Source: Candidatus Sabulitectum sp.
GTDB lineage: Bacteria; Fermentibacterota; Fermentibacteria; Fermentibacterales; JCC-6
Assembly (NCBI GenBank): GCA_029938555.1
Contig: JAOZUR010000007.1
Span: forward strand, 1,581-65,580
Direction: 5' to 3'
Length of the DNA stretch: 64,000 nucleotides
The notes below the pieces were generated by a model. The model searched no databases. It had not been told where the DNA came from and was given only the letters and a program-made list of their open reading frames with translations. Shown here in pieces: positions 36,439 through 45,654 of the stretch (positions are counted from its first letter, which is position 1; each line of letters starts with the position of its first letter). The position numbers were made by a program, and so were the translations under genes.

Positions 36439-37739
36439 TGACTCCAGCCGAGACAGTAAAATGGCTTGACAGGCATGTGATAGGACAGGCTCAGGCCAAA
36501 AGAACTGTGGCAATTGCACTTAGAAATCGGTATAGAAGGCGACTTGTAAAAGAGCCTATGCAATCAGAGATTTACCCTAGTAATCTTATAATGATGGGAC
36601 CTACCGGTGTGGGTAAAACCGAGATCGCCCGACGGATGGCTAATCTTGTAGGTGCGCCTTTTGTTAAAGTGGAAGCAACTAAGTACACTGAAACTGGTTA
36701 TGTAGGCCGAGATGTTGAAGGAATTATTCGAGATCTTGTTCGCTCTGCTGTAAACCTTGCAACAAGCAAGGCGCGAGAAGAAAAAAGTGCAGAAGCCCAG
36801 TCACGGGTAAGCAAAAAAATTATTGATGCAGTATTGAAAAATGGTGTTGATTATGGTTCAACAGAAGAGCTTGCAGATCTTCTTCTTTCAGGTAAACTTG
36901 ATCACATTGAAATAGAGTTGTCGTTAACAGAAAAAGCAGTAGGCATAGAAGTTTTTCCAATGATTCCAGGTCAGGGTTTTGATAATCAGATGAATGATCA
37001 GATGAAAAAAATGCTTGATAAGGTTATTGGTAAGCGAAAGAAAAAAATGCATCTGACTGTTGCTGAAGCAAGAAAAAAACTATTTGAAGATGAAATGTCA
37101 CGAATTCTTGATGGAGGCGAGCATGTTCAAGCAGGGCTAAAGCTTGCTCAGGAAGAGGGCATTGTATTCATTGATGAGATTGATAAAATTATAGGATCTG
37201 AAGGGGGCAGTGGACCTGATGTATCACGAATGGGTGTACAGAGAGATCTTCTTCCTCTTGTTGAAGGAAGCACTGTTGCCACAAGATATGGGCCTGTAAA
37301 AACCGACCATATGCTTTTTATTGCAGCAGGTGCATTTCATGGAAGTAGTCCTGCTGATTTAATACCAGAGTTACAGGGAAGATTTCCTTTGCGAGTAGCG
37401 CTTGATCCTTTGTCAGAAATTGATCTTTTAAGAATACTCACAGAACCAGAGAGCTGCATACTTGATCAATACCTACAGCTGTTAGCTGCAGACGGATTGA
37501 ATCTAGTGGTGGAAGATTTGGCTAAAAAACAAATAGCTTATGTGGCCAGATATTTAAATGAGGAAAAGGAAGATATAGGGGCGAGGCGATTAAGGGCTGT
37601 TCTTTCGTTCCTTTTTGATGAATATTTGTTTGGCGCGCCGGACTTGCTAAAAGGGCGTGTGAGGCTCACAGAGAAGAAAGCTCAGAGTAGGCTTTCGCTG
37701 CTGGTTGAAAGAAAGGACGAAGATGGTTATATTCTCTGA
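36420..37739 (+). CDS. hslU: ATP-dependent protease ATPase subunit HslU
   Basis: MTPAETVKWLDRHVIGQAQAKRTVAIALRNRYRR, Walker A GPTGVGKTEIARR, Walker B IVFIDEIDKI and sensor ELQGRFP. The start is the ATG at 36420 (GGAGG upstream) or the ATG at 36438. Confidence 0.95.
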   Translation: MRTAKIMTPAETVKWLDRHVIGQAQAKRTVAIALRNRYRRRLVKEPMQSEIYPSNLIMMGPTGVGKTEIARRMANLVGAPFVKVEATKYTETGYVGRDVEGIIRDLVRSAVNLATSKAREEKSAEAQSRVSKKIIDAVLKNGVDYGSTEELADLLLSGKLDHIEIELSLTEKAVGIEVFPMIPGQGFDNQMNDQMKKMLDKVIGKRKKKMHLTVAEARKKLFEDEMSRILDGGEHVQAGLKLAQEEGIVFIDEIDKIIGSEGGSGPDVSRMGVQRDLLPLVEGSTVATRYGPVKTDHMLFIAAGAFHGSSPADLIPELQGRFPLRVALDPLSEIDLLRILTEPESCILDQYLQLLAADGLNLVVEDLAKKQIAYVARYLNEEKEDIGARRLRAVLSFLFDEYLFGAPDLLKGRVRLTEKKAQSRLSLLVERKDEDGYIL

Positions 37740-37759
37740 GTTGGGTGTTTTTTTAACAA

Positions 37760-38350
37760 ATGGGGAGAAGAATGCACAGGTCAGGTAAAGAGGTTGCCTA
37801 CAAGATTGTCTATTACGGTCCTGGCCTATCAGGAAAAACTACGAATCTTAGGGGTATCCGAGATATTATTGCACCAGAGAACAGAGGTAGGCTTGTTACT
37901 CTTTGTACTAGGTGTGAAAGAACAGTATTTTTTGATTTTCTTCCAGTGAACTTTGCAAAAATAGATGATGTTCGAGTTAAACTTCATCTGTATAGCGTTC
38001 CTGGGCAGGCATATTATGCTCTTAGCAGAAGAGTTATTCTTGATGGCATTGACGGAGTTGTTTTTGTGGCCGATAGTCAGAAAGAAAGAGCCGAGGCAAA
38101 TCTAAGCACTCTTGATGATCTTGAGCATAATTTAAAAAGTTATGGTCTAGATATGTCAATGCTTCCTATTGTTCTTCAGTTTAACAAAAGAGATCTGCCA
38201 GGGGTTATGTCAACATCAAGGATGAACGCTGATCTTAACAAGTTCGGATGGCCAACTGTTGAATCTGTGGCTATCGGCGGAACAGGTCCTGCTGAAACCT
38301 TGAAAATTATTGCTACCCAGATAGCCAAGCGCCATGTGCGCACGGGCTAA
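37760..38350 (+). CDS. MglA-family small Ras-like GTPase (paralog 2)
   Basis: KIVYYGPGLSGKTTNL, ERTVFFDFLP, LHLYSVPGQ, FVADSQ and FNKRDLPG. An alternative start is the ATG at 37772, which has GGAG upstream. Confidence 0.8.
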   Translation: MGRRMHRSGKEVAYKIVYYGPGLSGKTTNLRGIRDIIAPENRGRLVTLCTRCERTVFFDFLPVNFAKIDDVRVKLHLYSVPGQAYYALSRRVILDGIDGVVFVADSQKERAEANLSTLDDLEHNLKSYGLDMSMLPIVLQFNKRDLPGVMSTSRMNADLNKFGWPTVESVAIGGTGPAETLKIIATQIAKRHVRTG

Positions 38351-40475
38351 ATCTAGATCGTATATAAAAGAAATCGTTCTTCTGTTTTTGCTTCTAGCAG
38401 GAGGATTTCTTTTCCGTACGGTTTTTGCTCAGGGGGTAATGCCCCCGCCAGCGCGTATGCAGGGAGAAACAACACAGGCATACCGTTATACAAAAATGAT
38501 TTCAGATGGAAGATCAATTCCCCATGTAGATTCGCTTGTTAATCATCCTGTTGGTTTAAATACAGGAGAGAATTCGATATTTGAAGAATACATTGCTGGT
38601 GGTATTCACTCTGTGATCAAGGGAGACTTAAGCAATTTCCTTCTTTTATTCTGCCGTTTCTTTCCGTTGTTAATATTACCTATTCTGTATTTTTGGATGC
38701 TTAACTCTGGTTTTTCTTTACCTGAATCAGCCACCGGAGCAGGTTTGTATGCTGTTTTTCTTCCAGCTTTGCTCAGAACAAGAGGGGAAAGCTTTTACCG
38801 AGAAACTGTAGCTCTACCATTTATTATTTTATGTGTCTCCATGATTGATATGGCAGTTAGAAGTGATAAGAAAAATGGTTTAAAACTATCAATTGGTGCT
38901 GCAATTGCTTTGTTTGTATCTCTTGCATCATGGAAAGTTACAGGTTTTGTATCTTTCTTTCTGTTTGTTTGGCTTGCTTTTAAAAGACCAGGTATTCGAA
39001 TAGTTCTTCCTTTGGCTGCAAGTCAGTTACTTGCGTCTGTTGTTCTTTCACACATGCGTCATGATGTTGCTATTCTTTCTCCAGCTTCATTTATGGCAAT
39101 TGCAGCAGTTGTTGTAACTTTGTTTGCCCATAAATTGATTCCTTGGTTTGGGTTATTAGTTTCATTGGTTGCAGGATTTCTTTTTGGTTCTTCATCCAGC
39201 GGTCATGTGGTCTCGGTAATTACAGCAAAACTGAGATTTTTCTTCAGTCATCCAGAAAACCCAGCATTATTATCAGGGGATACAAGGCTTTTTTGGGTTA
39301 GTGGTTACACCAGCCCAGCTTTAGGGCAGATAATTCTGCTCTTTGGAATTGCGTTATTGATTTCCGTCTCTGGGTGGAAACCTTTCTTAAAAAAAGCTCA
39401 CGGTTCTCTTATGTTTTTTCTTGTGCCACTTACTCTTGCTGGTTATCTCTTTTTTGATAGATTGCATGTTTTTCTCGCAATAAGCCTTATTCCTCTTGTG
39501 GTGGCAGGGGCCCGGGGAAGGAAATGGGTTTTACCAATCTTATTGACTGTGTTTGGAGTTCAATCCATGTATGCTCCGGAAATTGCCATGGCTCTTTCCA
39601 GAACAGGATTAGAATATTCAAGTTCTTCTTCTTTGCTGAATGACCATGAGTTAGATGATCTTCTTTTGTGGGCTGAAGTTAACAATGGCAATACGCTTTC
39701 TTTTTGGCATATATCAGGATTGCTTTCAGCATACGCTGATATGCCTGTTGTTACCCATACATTCTTCGAGAATGCTGAAAACAGAAAAACTATCATTAAT
39801 TTTGCTGAAAGAATTTACGGTACCGAGGCTGAAATGATATCTTTTATGGAAGAATCACAGGCAGAATACCTAGTTTATCAAGCTGATTTTATTTTTGATT
39901 CAACCCACCAAGGGCTTTTATACCTTGCAGCTTTACAAGAAATACCTGATGGGTCATTGGCAATCAGGCTTCATTATTATCCAAGTTCTCTTGAAAGACT
40001 TAAATTAGTATGGCAGGGTGCATCTATCAGGGTGTTTCAACTTGATGGTATTCCGACAGATAACCCAAGATTTCCTCTGTGGGAGTCAAGATATGCTTCA
40101 TTTATTTATAATGCTGAAGCGGCATCTTCTATTATTAACATGCCGGTGGAAACGGGTATTCTTTTTGCAGACCAGGGCATTCTGACTTCTAACCATCAAA
40201 AACTTTCAGCTGCTCTTTTGCTTTTCTCTAAACATCCAGATTCTGTTCCAGTAGAAGCAGTTACTACTTTACTGCAAGAACTCTTAATGTTAAATCTTGA
40301 CGGTCAGTATTCTATTGAAGATCTTGAAGAAGATTTTGTTACCTATTTAGATTCATGGGGGCCAGACCCGCAGATTCGATTAGATCTTGTTCGTCTTTTA
40401 CGGGCAAACAATCTTAATCAAAGAGCAGATTACCACATGGAGATTATTCAAACCATGGGAAGAAGTGGAATATGA
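38334..40475 (+). CDS. large polytopic membrane protein, GT-C-like with STT3/PglB-like loop motifs (degenerate)
   Basis: 713 aa with ~12 TM segments and a ~290-aa C-terminal soluble domain. The first external loop AYRYTKMISDGRSIPHVDSLVNHPVG parallels the STT3/AglB pattern (F/Y)-x-YR...G....D....YP-x-G. After the last TM, LSFWHISGLL sits where WWDYG normally is. It overlaps the GTPase gene by 17 nt. Confidence 0.45.
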   Translation: MCARAKSRSYIKEIVLLFLLLAGGFLFRTVFAQGVMPPPARMQGETTQAYRYTKMISDGRSIPHVDSLVNHPVGLNTGENSIFEEYIAGGIHSVIKGDLSNFLLLFCRFFPLLILPILYFWMLNSGFSLPESATGAGLYAVFLPALLRTRGESFYRETVALPFIILCVSMIDMAVRSDKKNGLKLSIGAAIALFVSLASWKVTGFVSFFLFVWLAFKRPGIRIVLPLAASQLLASVVLSHMRHDVAILSPASFMAIAAVVVTLFAHKLIPWFGLLVSLVAGFLFGSSSSGHVVSVITAKLRFFFSHPENPALLSGDTRLFWVSGYTSPALGQIILLFGIALLISVSGWKPFLKKAHGSLMFFLVPLTLAGYLFFDRLHVFLAISLIPLVVAGARGRKWVLPILLTVFGVQSMYAPEIAMALSRTGLEYSSSSSLLNDHELDDLLLWAEVNNGNTLSFWHISGLLSAYADMPVVTHTFFENAENRKTIINFAERIYGTEAEMISFMEESQAEYLVYQADFIFDSTHQGLLYLAALQEIPDGSLAIRLHYYPSSLERLKLVWQGASIRVFQLDGIPTDNPRFPLWESRYASFIYNAEAASSIINMPVETGILFADQGILTSNHQKLSAALLLFSKHPDSVPVEAVTTLLQELLMLNLDGQYSIEDLEEDFVTYLDSWGPDPQIRLDLVRLLRANNLNQRADYHMEIIQTMGRSGI

Positions 40476-41278
40476 ATTTGAAATTCATGAAAATGAGTGG
40501 TGCGGGAAACGATTTCATAATGATTGATAACAGAGATGGAAAGTATACATCTATACTTGATAAAGAAAAAATATCAGATCTTTGTAGAAGAGCTTTGTCA
40601 GTAGGGGCAGATGGTTTGATTGAAGTACGAAAAAGTTCTTCTTCCGCTGCTTTTGTTATGAAATACTACAATTCTGATGGAGGCGCCGCGGAGATGTGTG
40701 GCAATGGAGCAAGATGTATATGCCGATTTGCAGTTGAACTTGGTCTGGTATCAATTGGAACTGAATTTTCTTTTGAAAGTGATGCTGGAGTCCATAAGGG
40801 GCTTGTTACATCCTCAAGCGAAGCAAGAATCTGGCTAACTGAGCCTGTTTTGCACTATCTTCAAAAAGAATTAGATGGTTTGGATGGAATTGAAATTGGT
40901 TTTGCCAATACTGGCGTACCTCATGTTGTTGTTTTTTCAGAAGACATTGAAGATGGATCTTTTGAAAAATATGCCTCTTTGATCAGGTCAAATAAAGAAT
41001 TTGGTTCCGCAGGTGTAAATGTGAATTGGATACAATTTAAAGATAACGGTTCACTAGAAATGCGAACCTTTGAAAGAGGAGTCGAGGGTGAAACCCTTGC
41101 TTGTGGAACTGGGGCAGTGGCTTCAGCACTTATTGCTTCTGAAAAATTTGATTCCATAGTTCTTCCGGTAACCATAAAAGTAAGAAGTGGGCTTGATCTT
41201 GTTGTTGGTCAAGACTTGTCGGGGTGGTGGCTTCAGGGAGAGGCAAGGTTAGTTTACAGAGCAGAGACAGATTGCTGA
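40472..41278 (+). CDS. dapF: diaminopimelate epimerase
   Basis: FMKMSGAGNDFIMIDNR, CGNGARC (first catalytic Cys) and ETLACGTGAVA (second catalytic Cys). Confidence 0.9.
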   Translation: MNLKFMKMSGAGNDFIMIDNRDGKYTSILDKEKISDLCRRALSVGADGLIEVRKSSSSAAFVMKYYNSDGGAAEMCGNGARCICRFAVELGLVSIGTEFSFESDAGVHKGLVTSSSEARIWLTEPVLHYLQKELDGLDGIEIGFANTGVPHVVVFSEDIEDGSFEKYASLIRSNKEFGSAGVNVNWIQFKDNGSLEMRTFERGVEGETLACGTGAVASALIASEKFDSIVLPVTIKVRSGLDLVVGQDLSGWWLQGEARLVYRAETDC

Positions 41279-41279
41279 T

Positions 41280-41870
41280 ATGATTCTTTTACTGTTATTT
41301 CTTTTGTCAGAACCCCAATCGGATCAATCCATGTCCATGTGGGAACTTAGGGCAGGTTTGGTGCAAGAGACCACCCCAATGGCTTTGGGGGCTTCGCTTT
41401 ATGTAATTGCAAATTCTTCAGAAACTTCTTATTTATCAGATGAAGCGATTATTCGTTTTATAGATGGTGGCAATAGGTCAATGATTGTTCCACTGACCTC
41501 TTTTTTGGTCTCTGATGGAAAAACGAAATTGGCTGAAATTTATTGGCGGTTACAAGGGTATGACCTTCCCGCCACTAGAAGTGATCTTCTTGATGCTCTT
41601 GCTTGGTTTGGTCGACATGAATTGTATACAGTCATGGCATTAAAACCAGAAATTCCCGAAGATATGATTGGTGATATGTTTTCAGAGCAATGTGCTGCTG
41701 TTTGTCATCTTGGATGGATGACCACCAGGCAAGATGGTCTGTTTCACGGTGATGAACTTGTTTCCTACGCAGATATTAGAATTCTTTCTAGCTTCTTGTA
41801 TATTGAAAACCCACAGGCAAGTTTTTTGTCAGTTTCTTCTCTTGAAAATCTGTCTTTGTTGACTCCATGA
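41280..41870 (+). CDS. hypothetical protein with hydrophobic N-terminus
   Basis: 196-aa ORF in the tightly packed operon, with an N-terminal MILLLLFLL. No family recognised. Confidence 0.4.
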   Translation: MILLLLFLLSEPQSDQSMSMWELRAGLVQETTPMALGASLYVIANSSETSYLSDEAIIRFIDGGNRSMIVPLTSFLVSDGKTKLAEIYWRLQGYDLPATRSDLLDALAWFGRHELYTVMALKPEIPEDMIGDMFSEQCAAVCHLGWMTTRQDGLFHGDELVSYADIRILSSFLYIENPQASFLSVSSLENLSLLTP

Positions 41871-42499
41871 GAAAATTAAACGAACCCCAGCAAAGGCATC
41901 TTGAGCAATTGACTAGAGCGGTTTCAATGGTGAAGAGAGCCCGAGAGGAATTACCTATTTTGCCTGCCTTAGTTTCATGGGTACGCATTATTCTTCTTCC
42001 TGTATGCGTGTGGGCCGGTTGGAACGGAAAATATGTTTTTATGTTTTGGTTATCTCTTACTGCGGCTTCAAGCGATTATTTTGATGGTTTGCTAGCAAGA
42101 CAATTGAAGAAATCAAGTACTCCTGGAAAAACACTTGATCTTCTGGCAGATAAGTTTTTTCTTTCTGTTATGCTTATTTTTCTCACTCGATTAGGTGTGC
42201 TTAGTTTGTATTCAGCCATGATTCCAGCTTGGTATCATATCGGAGTGGTTTTTGCTCTTTTAATTGTATCATGGAGTATAAAGATTCCTGTAGTTGTAAT
42301 AACTACCAGCGAAAGACTTGTTATAATTTTAAGTTATATTCTTGTTCTTACTGCCACCGGGTCACTTGCTTATCCAGATAAAAGTATTTTCTTCAAGTTA
42401 ACTTGGGCAGCACAAATATTGATTCCAATAGCGGTACTTCTGGGGGTTATTAGTTATTTCAGATTTTCTAGAAGATTGATACAGAGGTATATGAAATGA
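41867..42499 (+). CDS. CDP-alcohol phosphatidyltransferase family protein
   Basis: Exact family motif D-x2-DG-x2-AR-x8-G-x3-D-x3-D, seen as SDYFDGLLARQLKKSSTPGKTLDLLADK. About 6 TM helices. Confidence 0.8.
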   Translation: MRKLNEPQQRHLEQLTRAVSMVKRAREELPILPALVSWVRIILLPVCVWAGWNGKYVFMFWLSLTAASSDYFDGLLARQLKKSSTPGKTLDLLADKFFLSVMLIFLTRLGVLSLYSAMIPAWYHIGVVFALLIVSWSIKIPVVVITTSERLVIILSYILVLTATGSLAYPDKSIFFKLTWAAQILIPIAVLLGVISYFRFSRRLIQRYMK

Positions 42500-43170
42500 T
42501 TTTGTATTATTTAGTAATATTGTTTTCTTCCCTCTCGCCTCTTGAACTTGAACAAGCTGGTTTGCTGGCACAATCAGGTGCAGCCTGGGAAGAGCAAGGA
42601 AACCTGCCCGGACAGGTAAGAATCTTCGGTAGACTAATAGAAGAAGCTATTTATGCAGGTGATGGTAAAAGAGCAATATTACTTGTCACCGAATTGCAGA
42701 GTATATATAATGATAAGGATTCTTATGTTTTCTGGATGGCCAGAATAGCTTGGACTTCCGGTTTGGCAGAGTATGCAGTAGAAGCACTTGAGTTGGTGTC
42801 ACCACAGGATCCATGGCTGTTTCACAGAGCGTTGGGTTTTGCTGCTCTCTTTCAGCAGGATGGGGTAAGGGCCATTGATGAGTTTACTATTTCCATGGCT
42901 TCGGCATCAACTGCAAGAAAAGCTTTCTGGAGTGCAATTGATTTGTGCTCAGCCTATTTGGAAATAGGTATGATTGCGGAAGCCCTGCACCTTTCAAGGT
43001 TAGTTAGAACTTTGTATCCTGGAGATGCAATGGGTGATGTTATGTACGGTTTATGCCTTCAATTATCGGGTTCATACGGTGAGTCATCCAGAGTGTTAAA
43101 CTCTGTGGAATCATCTAATGCTGCGGCTACTGGCCTAGCCAGAAGTTTTATGGAAGGATTTGAGCAGTGA
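42496..43170 (+). CDS. hypothetical protein, helical-repeat (TPR-like) with N-terminal hydrophobic segment
   Basis: 224 aa, Ala/Leu-rich with repeated helix pairs. ATGA-coupled start. No clear family. Confidence 0.35.
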   Translation: MILYYLVILFSSLSPLELEQAGLLAQSGAAWEEQGNLPGQVRIFGRLIEEAIYAGDGKRAILLVTELQSIYNDKDSYVFWMARIAWTSGLAEYAVEALELVSPQDPWLFHRALGFAALFQQDGVRAIDEFTISMASASTARKAFWSAIDLCSAYLEIGMIAEALHLSRLVRTLYPGDAMGDVMYGLCLQLSGSYGESSRVLNSVESSNAAATGLARSFMEGFEQ

Positions 43171-44057
43171 AGTTTATCAAGAAATTTTTTACAAAAAGAC
43201 GAGAAGCAAAAGTTTTATCCAGCTGGAATGATTTTCGATTTCCATCTGATATACTAAAACCAAATTCTGTAGGTGTTTTTGCTTCAGATGATATTTCTGA
43301 AGTCTGGGCTGCTGTATATATGGCAAAAGCTTTGCAGGATGCTTATCCAGGGATTCCTGTTCATTTTACTGCACATGAAAGCGTTAATGAACTTGCCGGG
43401 TTTCTTCCATGGACACCAGAGATGCATACTTACTCAACTGATTCAGGTGTAATAGAACCAGAATTTCCCGAGAATGTACTGGTTTTCACATCTTTACCTG
43501 GGGTAGATTTTGTCAGATTTATTGAAAGAAATAATCCTATTGCGTGTGTTTCCTCTCAAGATCATACGGCTGTGAATATTCGTATAAGAACATCTACAGA
43601 AACAATTCCAATAAGTGTTCATGGAATTATGAATGTTTTGAAAATGAAAATAGACGAGAATTGGAAACCATCTGTTCCAAGGGTTCTTTCAGAGAAGGCA
43701 TCTGCTATTCTTTCTCCAGTTTCCCACAGAACATTGCCATATATTTTAGCCACAGAAGCTGCTTCTGCAATTTTTGAAAAAAAACGCGCTGAAGTTCCTC
43801 TTAAAATCGTGGTTGTTGATGGTAAAAGTAGCCATATTCCACCAGATACAAGTGTTGGAATAATTGCTGCTATGGTGGCAGGAGCTTCTGCTGTTGCTAC
43901 TACAAGGCGAGATTTATGGATTCATGCAAGAGCCATGGGTGTGCCGGTTATTGGTCTTGATAGAAAGCATACATTCACCGGTTGGGGCTCTGAGCCTGCC
44001 ACTGGCGATACTCAGTTTCTTGAACAATGGGCAACTCTTATAAGGCGCGGGTGGTAA
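43167..44057 (+). CDS. hypothetical protein, weak resemblance to the C-terminal half of GT9 (heptosyltransferase-like) enzymes
   Basis: GIIAAMVAGASAVATTRRDLWIHARAMGVPVIGL resembles the GT9 pattern ...l..a.l.ig.DSG..HlA.A.G.P.v.l. GTGA-coupled start. Confidence 0.3.
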   Translation: MKFIKKFFTKRREAKVLSSWNDFRFPSDILKPNSVGVFASDDISEVWAAVYMAKALQDAYPGIPVHFTAHESVNELAGFLPWTPEMHTYSTDSGVIEPEFPENVLVFTSLPGVDFVRFIERNNPIACVSSQDHTAVNIRIRTSTETIPISVHGIMNVLKMKIDENWKPSVPRVLSEKASAILSPVSHRTLPYILATEAASAIFEKKRAEVPLKIVVVDGKSSHIPPDTSVGIIAAMVAGASAVATTRRDLWIHARAMGVPVIGLDRKHTFTGWGSEPATGDTQFLEQWATLIRRGW

Positions 44058-44473
44058 AAGAATTGAAAAAAGTAATTACTTATGGAACATATGATTTATT
44101 TCATATAGGTCATTTGAACATATTAAAAAGAGCAAGAGCTTTGGGTGATTATCTTGTAGTAGCCATTTCAACCGATGAATTTAACACAGGTAAACACAAG
44201 CAGTGTGTTTATCCATATTCCCACAGAGCGCAGATTGTTGAAGCCATAAAATATGTGGATATGGTGATTCCAGAAACAAGCTGGGAACAGAAGATTGAAG
44301 ACATCAAAAAGTATTCTATTGATGTTTTTGTCATTGGAGATGACTGGGCTGGCAAGTTTGATTTTTTGAAAGAATACTGTGAAGTTGTTTATCTTCCAAG
44401 AACAAAGAGCATATCAACAACTTCAATAAAAGACACAGTCCAAAATGGTAAATCAATTTCACTTACCACATGA
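44027..44473 (+). CDS. tagD: glycerol-3-phosphate cytidylyltransferase
   Basis: KKVITYGTYDLFHIGHLNILKRA (HxGH), RTKSISTTSIK (RTxGISTT-type). The true start may be the GTG at 44051 or the TTG at 44063. Confidence 0.85.
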   Translation: MGNSYKARVVKELKKVITYGTYDLFHIGHLNILKRARALGDYLVVAISTDEFNTGKHKQCVYPYSHRAQIVEAIKYVDMVIPETSWEQKIEDIKKYSIDVFVIGDDWAGKFDFLKEYCEVVYLPRTKSISTTSIKDTVQNGKSISLTT

Positions 44474-45504
44474 AAATTCTTTTTTATGTGTCAAAATTGT
44501 ACTCTCTGCCAGTAATACAACCTCTTTTATTTCAAGCAATTAAAAGAGAAGTAACTGTAGCCTTGTATGTAAGTTCTAAGGTAGAAAGAAATATTCCTGA
44601 GGCGTTTTCTGGTGTGAAAATATTTACTGAACTAAATCAGGCCATTGCTTTTAATCCTGACTTTGTTCTTTGCCCGGGAAATTTTGTCGACTTTCGTCTT
44701 CCTGGAATAAAGGTTGAGCTGTTTCACGGAATTGGTATAGAAAAACCATCTCATTACAAAATCAGACATTTCTTTGACATTTATTTTACATCAGGTCCTG
44801 TGGTAACAAAGAAATTTAAAAAAATGCAGAAAAAGTATAAATATTTTAAAGTTATTGAAACCGGTTGGCCGAAGATAGATCATATTGTTGGATACAATAC
44901 AACTGACATCAGGAAACGATTTAAGATACCTGAAAATAAAAAAGTTATTCTGTATGCTCCAACTCATAGCAGTTCTATGGAATCAGCTAGTGAGATTCTT
45001 TCATCCATAGACAGTATACAACGATCTGATGAAATTTGGTTTTGTAAACCTCACGAATTCATGAAAAAAGAGCTTCTTCTGAAATTGAAAATGATGAATA
45101 TTCGATTGATTAGTAGCTATGATATTACTCCATATCTGCATATAGCAGATGTAATGATTTCTGATACATCTTCTGTGATCTATGAATTTTTGATTTTAGA
45201 TAAACCGGTTATTACATACAGAACTCTTTCTCGAAAGAGCAAGGGAATAAATATTGATTCACCTAGTCAGTTAAGAACAGCCATAGATAGATCGCTTAAT
45301 AATCCTGAAGAATTTTCAAGTTTACGCCAAGAGCATATTAAAGCGGTGAATCCACTGGTAGATGGAACTATATGCCTTAAAATTATATCTCAGCTCAAGT
45401 TGTGGCATGAAACACCATTTGCAAAGGGAAAAAAACCGCTAAATCTGTTCAGAAAAATGCAAATTATCTATCATGGAAAATTCAAAAAGGGTTATTTAAG
45501 ATAG
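44470..45504 (+). CDS. CDP-glycerol glycerophosphotransferase family protein (TagB/TagF-like) 1
   Basis: VILYAPTH, KPHEFM and DVMISDTSSVIYEFLILDKPVITY are the conserved catalytic-domain blocks of TagF-type enzymes. Confidence 0.8.
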   Translation: MKILFYVSKLYSLPVIQPLLFQAIKREVTVALYVSSKVERNIPEAFSGVKIFTELNQAIAFNPDFVLCPGNFVDFRLPGIKVELFHGIGIEKPSHYKIRHFFDIYFTSGPVVTKKFKKMQKKYKYFKVIETGWPKIDHIVGYNTTDIRKRFKIPENKKVILYAPTHSSSMESASEILSSIDSIQRSDEIWFCKPHEFMKKELLLKLKMMNIRLISSYDITPYLHIADVMISDTSSVIYEFLILDKPVITYRTLSRKSKGINIDSPSQLRTAIDRSLNNPEEFSSLRQEHIKAVNPLVDGTICLKIISQLKLWHETPFAKGKKPLNLFRKMQIIYHGKFKKGYLR

Positions 45505-45589
45505 TACATCTAAGACACTTATATATTGCCTGAATCCATATTTCTGTTTATATTTATACTGGAAAAACTGAGAATTTCGAATTGGCATT

Positions 45590-45598
45590 TGATATAAT
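45590..45598 (+). promoter_or_regulatory. candidate extended -10 promoter element (TGaTATAAT)
   Basis: ttTGaTATAAT lies in the 150-nt AT-rich gap upstream of the 45655 gene. There is no good -35. Confidence 0.25.
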
Positions 45599-45654
45599 AA
45601 TAGTCTTATTATTTCTCTAAATTAGTTATCTTTAATTACATACAGAATGGTCTT

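Noticed and set aside
37731-37760. T-run (GGGTGTTTTTTT) right after the hslU stop, considered as a possible intrinsic terminator.
   Set aside because: No complementary upstream arm forms a stem, and only 20 nt separate hslU from the next gene.
45581-45598. TGGCAT...TTGAT in the AT-rich gap. Other TGGCA(C) occurrences are at about 967, 22434, 42562, 49725 and 58742. All were checked as possible sigma-54 -24/-12 promoters for the local EBP.
   Set aside because: None has GG and GC at the required 10-nt separation with a TTGC -12 element, and most are inside coding regions. No sigma-54 promoter can be supported by eye.
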